Shown here in pieces: positions 1 to 7,920 of a stretch of DNA of 20,596 nt (position 1 is its first letter; each line of letters begins with the position of its first letter). This DNA is from Armatimonadota bacterium (GTDB taxonomy: Bacteria; Armatimonadota; UBA10988). Under the pieces are notes generated by a model that made no database searches, was not told the origin of the DNA, and saw only the letters and a list, made by a program, of their open reading frames with translations. The stretch is from contig JACRKZ010000112.1 in assembly GCA_016235455.1 (NCBI GenBank), positions 1-20,596 of the forward strand. Direction: 5' to 3'. The position numbers were made by a program, and so were the translations under genes.

Positions 1-533
1 CCGAGGGCCAGCCGTTCGACCCCTTCGCCGCGGCGCTGGTAGACCGCTTCCAGCGCGGCGCGCCGCCCAAGGAGTGCGCCGCCTTGCCGGCCGATGACTG
101 GGTCGACTGGCAGGACGGTGCTCTGCGGCTGCACGGCCTGGGCGACTGGGTGACGCGTGTGGACGACCCGGCCGCATCGGACCGCAAGGCCGCGCGGATG
201 CGGGCGGACCACAACCAGTGGGCCACACAGTGCCCCATCGGCGATGAGTTGGCCGGTGAGAAGTGGCGCGTCTGCGTGTCGCTGCGCGCCGCGGCCAAGG
301 CCAAGGATGGCACCGCCTTCACCATCGGTATCTACGACACGGCCGGCGCAAAGGCCGTGTCGCAGCGCACGGTGCCCATCACCGAATTGGTGGCCGACGG
401 CTACCAGACCGTGGATCTGGGCACTCACGACATCAAGCCGGGCTACTACGTGTGGGTCGCGCCGAGCAACAACCCGACCGAGATGGAGGCCGTGCTCGTG
501 GACCGCATGTTCGCCATCAAAGCCAAGGAATGA
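1..533 (+). CDS. 5'-truncated CDS; C-terminal beta-sandwich region of a probable DUF4838-type/glycoside-hydrolase-associated protein
   Basis: Frame is open from nt 3 (EGQPFDPFAAALVDRF...) to TGA 531-533, which overlaps the next ATG (ATGA). Segments DPAASDRKAARM, AFTIGIYD and YYVWVAP..N...EAVLVDR resemble C-termini of DUF4838 proteins as I recall them; the family call is tentative. Confidence 0.7.
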   Translation, partial: EGQPFDPFAAALVDRFQRGAPPKECAALPADDWVDWQDGALRLHGLGDWVTRVDDPAASDRKAARMRADHNQWATQCPIGDELAGEKWRVCVSLRAAAKAKDGTAFTIGIYDTAGAKAVSQRTVPITELVADGYQTVDLGTHDIKPGYYVWVAPSNNPTEMEAVLVDRMFAIKAKE

Positions 534-2104
534 CCGCGGGATCGTGGCTGCGCTGGCTGCTCCTGGCCGCCATCGCGGCCGCGGCACCCGACGGCTCGAT
601 TTTCGAGCCGGTGGACAAGCCGACGGCCATGTACTTCGCGCCACCCGCCGAAGCGCCGTTGCTCGCGTCGCCGATCAACACCTCGCTGTCGACCATCGCC
701 ACCAGCGAGTACCACGAACTGCTCATCATCGACGACCGACTGTGGGCCATAGGCAGTAACCGCGCGGGCATGATGGGCTTGGGCCACGCGGCACCCGAGG
801 TGCACACGCGGCCGGCGCGGGTCAAGGTGCCGGACGACCAGACCTTCGTCACGGCTGCCGCCGGCGGCTACCAGAGCCTGGCGGTCGACGCGCAAGGCCG
901 GGTGTGGAGCTTCGGCGGCAATCAGTTCGGGCAGCGCGGCGACGGTTCAGTGCCGCGACCCGAGACCCTGGCCACCGCCAAGGCCGAGGATACCTGGGGC
1001 GTGCCGGTCATGCTGACCAGCGACGCGGACGGTCAACCGTTCGGTGGACCCGCCGACCCCGTAGCGCAGGTGATCAGCGTGCTGTGGTTCAACCTGGCGC
1101 TCATGCGCAGCGGCGCTGTCTACTTCTGGGGCATGAACGGCGACGACGGCGCCGGCAACGACTCGCGCGGCATGGTCGGTGACGGCCGACCTCTGAGCCT
1201 CGACCGGTCGTTCGAGGCGCGCTCCGTGCGTCGGCCGACGCGTGTGCGCTTCCCGGTGGGCGTTTGCATCGAGCGCCTGGCCTCGTCGTCGAGCATGGCC
1301 GTGGCCATCGACCGCCACGGCGCGCTATGGACCTGGGGCGGCGGCGCGGGCTGGGGGCTGGGCGACGGCGAGCGTGGCGACGGTCGCGGCAACAGCAGCA
1401 CGCCAGGCCGGCTGCTTCAAGGGCGTTCGCGAGCCAAGGCGGCGCTCGAGCCGCTGCCGCGGTATGTCGACGCGACCGCCACGACCACCGCCAACTTCGC
1501 GATCGATGCCGACGGAGACCTGTGGGGATGGGGCATGATCCTGCCGGCGCGCGGCTTGGGGCGCGCCGACGAATGGGACCCGCAGGGCTGGCCCGTGAAG
1601 CTGACGCGCACGGGCAACGCGCACTTCGCCTCCCTCGATGCCCTGCTGGCTCAAGGTCACCGGCTGACGTCGGTCCAGGCCAGCCTGAACAGCATCCACG
1701 TCCTGGTCGACGACGGCTCGCTCTGGGGCTGGGGCGACGCCGCCATGGGCGAAGTGGGCGATGGCCACATCGTCAACTACCTGCGCGTGACGCCCAAGGA
1801 CGGCCGCAACGACGTACGCTGCGCCTGGGACTGGGGCGGCACCCGCGCGGTGGTGGCCGACGCGACGCGCATCATGACCCAGGTGCGTTGGTTCGCCACC
1901 AGCCAGTTCTCGTTCCACATCGTGGCCATGCGCCGCGACGGCACGCTCTACACCTGGGGCCGCAACGCCAACGGCGTGCTGGGCAACGGTCTGGACCCGA
2001 TGGACCGCGCGGGACCGGGCCTGCGGCGGTTCGCGCCGCTGGGCGAGACGTACACGCCGAACCTGCTCGACCGGCCGTATCCGGTGCGCGTGCAGCCGTT
2101 CTGA
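530..2104 (+). CDS. Secreted RCC1/BLIP-II-repeat beta-propeller protein (524 aa)
   Basis: ATG 530 overlaps the upstream stop; signal peptide MTAGSWLRWLLLAAIAAAA. Seven RCC1-like repeats: LWAIGSNRAGMMGLG, VWSFGGNQFGQRGDG, VYFWGMN..GMVGDG, LWTWGG..GWGLGDG, LWGWGM..GLG, LWGWGD..GEVGDG, LYTWGRNANGVLGNG. Confidence 0.85.
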   Translation: MTAGSWLRWLLLAAIAAAAPDGSIFEPVDKPTAMYFAPPAEAPLLASPINTSLSTIATSEYHELLIIDDRLWAIGSNRAGMMGLGHAAPEVHTRPARVKVPDDQTFVTAAAGGYQSLAVDAQGRVWSFGGNQFGQRGDGSVPRPETLATAKAEDTWGVPVMLTSDADGQPFGGPADPVAQVISVLWFNLALMRSGAVYFWGMNGDDGAGNDSRGMVGDGRPLSLDRSFEARSVRRPTRVRFPVGVCIERLASSSSMAVAIDRHGALWTWGGGAGWGLGDGERGDGRGNSSTPGRLLQGRSRAKAALEPLPRYVDATATTTANFAIDADGDLWGWGMILPARGLGRADEWDPQGWPVKLTRTGNAHFASLDALLAQGHRLTSVQASLNSIHVLVDDGSLWGWGDAAMGEVGDGHIVNYLRVTPKDGRNDVRCAWDWGGTRAVVADATRIMTQVRWFATSQFSFHIVAMRRDGTLYTWGRNANGVLGNGLDPMDRAGPGLRRFAPLGETYTPNLLDRPYPVRVQPF

Positions 2105-2136
2105 CGGGCTGGGCGCCAAGGTCCGTGCGGCTCTGC

Positions 2137-2226
2137 TGGCACCGGCCTCCTGGCGGGTGATCTGCTCGACAAGCTGATGGACTGCCCGGAACGCCGGCGC
2201 AATCACCGGCCAGGAGATCGGTGCCA
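2137..2226. repeat. REP-doublet (REPIN/MITE-like) inverted repeat
   Basis: Arm 2137-2161 TGGCACCGGCCTCCTGGCGGGTGAT matches the reverse complement of 2202-2226 (TGGCACCGATCTCCTGGCCGGTGAT) at 22/25. Each arm is itself an imperfect palindrome (CACCGGCC-TCCT-GGCGGGTG). The element is intergenic. Confidence 0.65.
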
Positions 2227-2262
2227 ACACGAGGGCCTCGCGCGGTTCTGCCTGATGGGTGC

Positions 2263-2291
2263 TTGACATGGTCAACGACCTGATCAATGAT
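2263..2291 (+). promoter_or_regulatory. Sigma70-type promoter overlapped by a putative MarR operator
   Basis: TTGACA 2263-2268, 17 nt spacer, AATGAT 2286-2291, then ATG 2298 six nt later. A perfect palindrome TTGAC-ATG-GTCAA (2263-2275) covers the -35. Confidence 0.7.
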
Positions 2292-2297
2292 ATGCGC

Positions 2298-2768
2298 ATG
2301 AACGACTTCGACGAGGCCTCGGCGCCCGACTGTCTGGGCCACACCGGGGCCGAGATGCACTTCCTGCGCGAATTGGTGCGCGCCGCGCAGACGCTTATCG
2401 CCGCGTTCAGCCGCGAGGTGGGCATGACGGGAGCGCGGCTGGCTGTGCTGCGCGCCTTGGCGGTGTCGGCGTCCACGCCATTGGGCACCATGGAGATCGC
2501 GCGGCGACTGGCGGTGAATGCGGCGGCGGTGACTCGCCAGCTGCAGGCGATGGAAGCCGACGGCCTGGTGGAGCGCGTCTCCGACGGCCGAGACGGCCGG
2601 CGCAGCGCGGCTGTGCTGACAGTGGCCGGTCGCGAGGCGTTCGCGCTGGTGCATGAGCGGGGCCATGCGTTTGAGGAGCGGTTGGCGGCGCTGGTCGGCG
2701 CGGATGATATGGCGGTGGCCACGAGCGTGCTGACTCGTGCACGCGAAGCGCTGGAGACGGCGCGATGA
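2298..2768 (+). CDS. MarR-family transcriptional regulator (156 aa)
   Basis: Winged-HTH motifs GMTGARLAVLRAL, EIARRLAVNAAAVTRQLQAMEADGLVER and DGRDGRRSAAVLTVAGR. Start placed at 2298 from promoter geometry; ATG 2292 is an alternative. Confidence 0.92.
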   Translation: MNDFDEASAPDCLGHTGAEMHFLRELVRAAQTLIAAFSREVGMTGARLAVLRALAVSASTPLGTMEIARRLAVNAAAVTRQLQAMEADGLVERVSDGRDGRRSAAVLTVAGREAFALVHERGHAFEERLAALVGADDMAVATSVLTRAREALETAR

Positions 2769-2778
2769 GGAGGGCGGG

Positions 2779-3099
2779 ATGAGCGGCAAGCAGCGCCCGG
2801 GCCGGTTCGACCGGCGGGCCTTCGCGGCGACGGTGGCGGCGTCGAGCGGGCTGGCCCTGCTGGTCACTGGGCTGGGCACGCACCTGGCGCACCACGACAA
2901 TGGTCAGGCGGGCTACCACGGCTGGCTGGCCGCACATGTGCTGGTGGCCCTGGCCTTTGTGCTCAGTTCCGCCTGGCACGGCGTGCTCAACGGTCGCGCC
3001 CTGACCCGCTACGTGGCGCGCCGCGAAGCGGTGCTGGCCTACGGGCTGGTGTTGCTGCTGCTGGGCCTGGGCATGGCGCATGGGCACGTGCCGCACTGA
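2779..3099 (+). CDS. Small His-rich membrane protein, DUF4405-like (106 aa)
   Basis: RBS GAGGAGG 2767-2773; three hydrophobic segments; W-x3-H-x13-H-x3-N pattern (WLAAHVLVALAFVLSSAWHGVLN) resembles the DUF4405/cytochrome-b-like helix. Confidence 0.75.
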   Translation: MSGKQRPGRFDRRAFAATVAASSGLALLVTGLGTHLAHHDNGQAGYHGWLAAHVLVALAFVLSSAWHGVLNGRALTRYVARREAVLAYGLVLLLLGLGMAHGHVPH

Positions 3100-3119
3100 G
3101 CGGCCGGTCTCATTTCCGC

Positions 3120-3148
3120 TTGCGATCCGCCGGCGCGCGGGCTATGCT
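3120..3148 (+). promoter_or_regulatory. Sigma70-type promoter, probably leaderless
   Basis: TTGCGA 3120-3125, 17 nt, TATGCT 3143-3148, ATG 3155 six nt later; no SD sequence. Confidence 0.6.
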
Positions 3149-3154
3149 TCGCGC

Positions 3155-3880
3155 ATGCTTCGACGCCACCCGCCGGGCCTGCGGCCGTACCCCAAGCCGC
3201 AGTTCTTCATGTCGTTAGGCGACATCCGCTTCTGGATTGATAGCGCCCACACGGACAGCGCCTTGGCTCGGCTGCGCGCCGAACACGGCACGGCCGACGG
3301 CATTGACGCGCTGTACCGGGAGCGGCCCGATCCGTGGGGCGCGACGCGCACGTGTTACCGCTACCAGCGGCTCAAGTACGAGCGTCTGACGGCGTTCATC
3401 CCCGCTCGACGCTACGAGCGCGTGCTCGACCTGGGCTGCGGCATCGGCGCCTTCACCCGCCACCTGGCGCCGCATGTCGGCGCCATCACTGGTGTGGAGT
3501 TGTCGGCGTCGGGCGTGCAACAGGCGCGTGATCTGTCCGTTGACCATGCCAACGCCGACTACCGCCAGGGCGATGTGTTGCACGTGGGCGACGCCGTCGG
3601 CCAGTCGACGTACGACCTGGTCATCCTGGCCGATGTGCTCTACTACCTGTCGCCGCTCAGCGCGGAGGTGCTCGATGGTGTCTGCGCCTCGGTCGCGGCC
3701 GCCATGGAGCCGGGCGGCGTGCTGCTGCTGGCCAACCACTGCGTGGGCACGCCGGACGCCGAGTCGCGCCAGACGCGGTTCATCCACAGCCGGTTCCGGC
3801 AGTCGTCGGCGTTCCGTGTGCTACGCGAGGCGTGGCGGCCGTTCTACCTGGCCACCATCCTGGAGCGTGTCGAGGAGTAG
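3155..3880 (+). CDS. Class I SAM-dependent methyltransferase, NodS-like (241 aa)
   Basis: SAM motif VLDLGCGIG; acidic GVELS; YDLVILADVLYYL; N-terminal LY...PDPWG...YQRLKY as in NodS-family proteins. Confidence 0.85.
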   Translation: MLRRHPPGLRPYPKPQFFMSLGDIRFWIDSAHTDSALARLRAEHGTADGIDALYRERPDPWGATRTCYRYQRLKYERLTAFIPARRYERVLDLGCGIGAFTRHLAPHVGAITGVELSASGVQQARDLSVDHANADYRQGDVLHVGDAVGQSTYDLVILADVLYYLSPLSAEVLDGVCASVAAAMEPGGVLLLANHCVGTPDAESRQTRFIHSRFRQSSAFRVLREAWRPFYLATILERVEE

Positions 3881-3886
3881 CCAAAG

Positions 3887-6424
3887 ATGGTTGGCCTGGT
3901 GGTGGCACTGCTCCTGACGGCGCCGGCCGCGGCCGATGAGCCGCCGCTGTTCCGCAACCCAGAGGTCCCGCTTGAGGCGCGCGTGGCTGACCTGGTAGGG
4001 CGCCTGACGCTTGAGGAGAAGGCGGCGCTGCTCAACCACCGCTCGGGCAACCCGACCCGCTTCGGCATCCGCTCCGACCAATGGAACCAGTGCCTCAACG
4101 GCGTCAAGTGGGATCGGCCGACCACGCTGTTCCCGGCGTGCATCGCGCTGGCCGCGACTTGGGACACAGCGCTCGTCCATGAGGTCGCCGGCGTGTTGGC
4201 CGACGAGGCGAGGGCCATCTACAACGGCTGGCACCAGGACCCCAACGCGCCTGGCGAGCACAAGGGACTGATCTACCGCGCGCCGGTGATCAACATCGGC
4301 CGCAACCCCAACTGGGGCCGTAACCACGAGGCCTGGGGCGAAGACCCACGGCTCACGGGCGCCATGGCCGTGGCCTATGTGCGCGGGCTCAACGGTGACG
4401 ACCCGCGGTACCTGAAGATCGCCGCGACGCTGAAGCACTACGCGGTCAACAACGTCGAGACCGACCGCACCAAACTCGACGCCCACGTGCCGGTGCGCGC
4501 CTTGCGCGAGTACTGGCTGCCACACTTCCGCGACGCCATCGTCGAGGGTGGCGCGCAGTCGGTCATGGCCTCCTACAACGCGCTCAACGGCACGCCGAAC
4601 AACATCAACCACTGGCTGCTGACCGATGTGCTCAAAGGCGAGTGGCATCACCAGGGATTCGTGGTGTCCGACCTGGGCGGCGTGCGCACCATGGTCGATG
4701 GCCACAGCGGCGGCCGCATGAGCGTGGTCGATGCCGTGGCGCAGTCGGTCACCGCCGGCTGCGACTTCTCGGACGCTGAGTATGAGGCGAACATCCCGGC
4801 CGCCGTGCGCGCGGGCAAGCTGAGCCCTGAGCGGCTGGACGACGCCCTGTCTCGCGTGCTCCGTGTGCGCTTCCGTCTCGGCGAGTTCGACCCGCCCGAG
4901 CGCGTGCCCTACAGTCGTATTCCCACATCGGTGATTGGCAGCGCGGCACACCGCGCCGTCGCGCTCAGGGCCGCGCAGCGCGCGGTCGTCCTGCTGACCA
5001 ATCGCGACAAGACGCTGCCGCTCGACCGCGCCGCGCTGCGCAGTATAGCGGTCATCGGGCCGCTGGCCGACAGGGTCGTGCTCAATGGCTACAACGGCCG
5101 CACCGGCATGACGGTCTCGGCCCTGGCCGGTCTGCGCGATCGGCTGGGCCCGGCGGTGCCGGTGCGCCACGAGCCCGGCTGCTCGGTCACCGGCCAGGCT
5201 GGCTCGGCGACGCAGATCGACAACGAGGCAGGCTTCGCCGGCGGACGCAGCCTCAAGTTCGACGCCGCCGGGCCGGGCGAATACATCGAGTTTGTGGTCG
5301 ACGTGCCCCAGGCCGGCGGCTACGGCGTGGCCCTGCGCCACAAGAGCTTCCCGAGCCGGGGCATCTACCAGTTGGCCATCGATGGCCGGCCGCAGGGCGA
5401 GCCGGTGGACTTCTACGCCGCGCCCGGCGACTGGGGCCAGACGGCGACCTTCGGCCAGGTCGAGTTGACCGCCGGCGCGCACCGTCTGCGATTCACGGTG
5501 ACCGGCAAGCGCGCCGCGGCCACCGGCTACTCGGCGCACTTCGACCAGATTGTCCTGAGCGGCCCCAGGGAGCTGCGCATCGAGGGTGAGCAGGCCCGCT
5601 TTGCCACCGGTGGCCGTGACGAGACCGAGGCCATCGCCGCGGCGGTGGCGGCGGCCAAGGCGTCGGATGTCGCCGTAGTCTGCGTCGGCACTGACGCGGC
5701 CGTCGAGCAGGAGGGACGCGATCGTGCCAAGCTCGGCCTGACCGGCCGGCAGGAGGAACTGGCGTTGGCGGTGATCGCCGCCAATCCGCGCACGGTCATC
5801 GTGCAGATGAGCGCTGGTCCGCTGACCGTGCCCCGACTGGCCGCCGCCGCGCCGGCCCTGGTGCAGGCCTGGTGGGCCGGTGAGGAGGGCGGCCACGCGC
5901 TGGCCGACGTGCTCCTCGGCGACGTCAACCCCGCGGGCCGGCTGCCCCATACGGTGTACGCCGACGAGTCACAGGTGCCACCGCGCGACGAGTACGACCC
6001 CGCACGCGGCTTCACGTACATGTACTGCCGAGGCGAGCCGCTGTTTGCCTTCGGCCATGGGCTGAGCTACACGCGCTTCGAGTACGGCAATCTCCGCGTC
6101 GAGCCCGGTGACAGCTTGAGCGTCCTGGTGGATGTGCGCAACGCTGGCGTCCGCGCGGGCGACGAGGTGGTGCAGGTCTACCTCAAGGCGCTCGACTCGC
6201 GCGTGCCGCGGCCCGCGCAGCAACTCCAGGGCTTCGCACGGCTCGCGCTGGCGCCAGGCGAGACCAAGACGGTGACCGTCGCGGTGCCGGTCGCGCGACT
6301 GGCCTATTGGGACGAGGCCACGCACGCGTTCATCGTCGAGCCCGGGCGGTACGAGGTGAGGGTGGGGGCGTCGTCGGCGGACATACGCGTGTCGATGACG
6401 ACAACTCTGGGGACAAGACCATGA
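3887..6424 (+). CDS. Secreted GH3 beta-glucosidase/beta-xylosidase with inserted CBM6/35-like module and C-terminal Fn3-like domain (845 aa)
   Basis: RBS GAGGAG 3872-3877; signal peptide. GH3 motifs RNPNWGRNHEAWGEDP, TLKHY, VMASYN, GFVVSD (nucleophile), EQEGRDR, NPAGRLP, FGHGLSYTRF and GDEVVQVY. Confidence 0.95.
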   Translation: MVGLVVALLLTAPAAADEPPLFRNPEVPLEARVADLVGRLTLEEKAALLNHRSGNPTRFGIRSDQWNQCLNGVKWDRPTTLFPACIALAATWDTALVHEVAGVLADEARAIYNGWHQDPNAPGEHKGLIYRAPVINIGRNPNWGRNHEAWGEDPRLTGAMAVAYVRGLNGDDPRYLKIAATLKHYAVNNVETDRTKLDAHVPVRALREYWLPHFRDAIVEGGAQSVMASYNALNGTPNNINHWLLTDVLKGEWHHQGFVVSDLGGVRTMVDGHSGGRMSVVDAVAQSVTAGCDFSDAEYEANIPAAVRAGKLSPERLDDALSRVLRVRFRLGEFDPPERVPYSRIPTSVIGSAAHRAVALRAAQRAVVLLTNRDKTLPLDRAALRSIAVIGPLADRVVLNGYNGRTGMTVSALAGLRDRLGPAVPVRHEPGCSVTGQAGSATQIDNEAGFAGGRSLKFDAAGPGEYIEFVVDVPQAGGYGVALRHKSFPSRGIYQLAIDGRPQGEPVDFYAAPGDWGQTATFGQVELTAGAHRLRFTVTGKRAAATGYSAHFDQIVLSGPRELRIEGEQARFATGGRDETEAIAAAVAAAKASDVAVVCVGTDAAVEQEGRDRAKLGLTGRQEELALAVIAANPRTVIVQMSAGPLTVPRLAAAAPALVQAWWAGEEGGHALADVLLGDVNPAGRLPHTVYADESQVPPRDEYDPARGFTYMYCRGEPLFAFGHGLSYTRFEYGNLRVEPGDSLSVLVDVRNAGVRAGDEVVQVYLKALDSRVPRPAQQLQGFARLALAPGETKTVTVAVPVARLAYWDEATHAFIVEPGRYEVRVGASSADIRVSMTTTLGTRP

Positions 6425-7857
6425 TTCGCAGGCAGTTTCTGGCCGCCACCGCCGCCGCGCCGTTGGCCCTGCGCGCCGCCGCGCAGCCGGCGCGTCGGCC
6501 CAACCTTCTGTTCGTCTTCCCCGACCAGTTCCGCGGTTCGGCCCTGGGCTTTCTGGGCCGCGAGCCGGTCCAGACTCCGCGGCTGGACCGCTTCTCGCAG
6601 GAGAGCCTGGTGCTCACCAGCGCCGCCTCCAACTACCCGGTCTGCAGCCCGTACCGGGCCATGCTGATGACCGGCTGCTGGCCACACCGCAACGGCGTGC
6701 TGGAGAACTGCACCTCCAACTCCGAGCCGTTCGGCTGCGAACTGAAAGCCGCCGACCGTTGCTGGTCGGATGTGCTGGCTGACCAGGGCTACAGCCTGGG
6801 TTACATCGGCAAGTGGCACTTGGACTCGCCGCGCAAGCCCTATGTCGACTGCGCCAACAACAAGGGGCCGCTGGCCTGGAACGAGTGGTGCGCGCCGGCC
6901 CGTCGTCATGGCTTCGACCACTGGTACGCCTATGGCACCTACGACGCCCACCTGCACCCGATGTACTGGGCCAACGACACGCCCCGCGACCAGCCGCTGT
7001 GGATCGACCAGTGGGGGCCCGAGCACGAGGCCGACCAGGCCATCTCCTACCTGCGCAACGAGCGCGGCCAGCGCAAGCCGGACCAGCCCTTCGCGCTGGT
7101 GGTCAGCATGAACCCGCCGCATACGCCGTACGGTCAGGTGCCAGCGCGCTATGTGGAGCGCTATGCCGGCAAGAAGACCGACGAGTTGATCACCAAGCGC
7201 TGCCTCGACCTCAAGGACGACGCGGCCATGGGCACCAAGCTGGCCCGCGCGCAGACGCGAAACTACTTCGCATGCATCACGGGCGTCGACGAGCAGTTCG
7301 GCCGCATCCTCGACGAGCTCGAGCGCCAGGGGCTGGCCGACAACACCATCGTCGTGTTCACCAGCGACCATGGCAACTGCCTGGGCTGCCATGACCAGGA
7401 AACCAAGAACGTGCCCTATGAGGAGTCGATGCAGATCCCGTTCCTCATCCGCTGGCCGGGCCATATCAAGCCGCGACACGACGATCTGCTGCTGTCCACG
7501 CCCGACATCGCACCGACGTTGCTGGACTTGCTGGGCCACAAGGCGCCTGCATCCATGCAGGGCGCCAGCTCTGCCGGGCTGATGCTCACCGGCGACGGAC
7601 CGCGCCCGACCTCACAGTTCTACCTGCACGTGCCGCTGGGCAAGCCCTCAGGCGGCCGGCGGGGTGTGCGCACCAACCGCCACACCATGGTCGTCGACTG
7701 GAACGAGAGCGGCGACCGCGATGTCACGTTGTTCGACAACCAGACCGACCCGGACCAGATGCACAACGTGGCCGGCGCGCAGCCCGAGGTCGTCGCGGCA
7801 CTGAAAGACGAACTGGCCGGCTGGCTCAAGCGAGCCGAAGATCGGTGGACGCTGTGA
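6421..7857 (+). CDS. Tat-exported formylglycine-dependent (S1 family) sulfatase (478 aa)
   Basis: ATGA overlap with the GH3 stop; twin-arginine signal MIRRQFL. Motifs PNLLFVFPDQ, CSPYRAMLMTG (CxPxR), GYIGKWHL, NPPHTPY and NTIVVFTSDHG. Confidence 0.95.
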   Translation: MIRRQFLAATAAAPLALRAAAQPARRPNLLFVFPDQFRGSALGFLGREPVQTPRLDRFSQESLVLTSAASNYPVCSPYRAMLMTGCWPHRNGVLENCTSNSEPFGCELKAADRCWSDVLADQGYSLGYIGKWHLDSPRKPYVDCANNKGPLAWNEWCAPARRHGFDHWYAYGTYDAHLHPMYWANDTPRDQPLWIDQWGPEHEADQAISYLRNERGQRKPDQPFALVVSMNPPHTPYGQVPARYVERYAGKKTDELITKRCLDLKDDAAMGTKLARAQTRNYFACITGVDEQFGRILDELERQGLADNTIVVFTSDHGNCLGCHDQETKNVPYEESMQIPFLIRWPGHIKPRHDDLLLSTPDIAPTLLDLLGHKAPASMQGASSAGLMLTGDGPRPTSQFYLHVPLGKPSGGRRGVRTNRHTMVVDWNESGDRDVTLFDNQTDPDQMHNVAGAQPEVVAALKDELAGWLKRAEDRWTL

Positions 7858-7920
7858 GGCCGGGCCGAGGGTGAGCAGGAGACGCCCACGGCAGCCCGAA
7901 GCACGGTCGCGGAGCCTGCC

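Noticed and set aside
263-529. N-terminal extension of the RCC1 ORF in the ORF track
   Set aside because: It overlaps the upstream CDS; the signal peptide and ATGA coupling mark 530 as the start.
3821-5950. Long antisense ORFs (709 aa here; also 7648-9540, 13694-14914, 14863-16827, 17609-19018, 6304-7539, 10865-12034)
   Set aside because: Shadow frames opposite well-supported genes in high-GC DNA; rich in Arg/Gly/Ala/His/Gln with no recognisable motifs.
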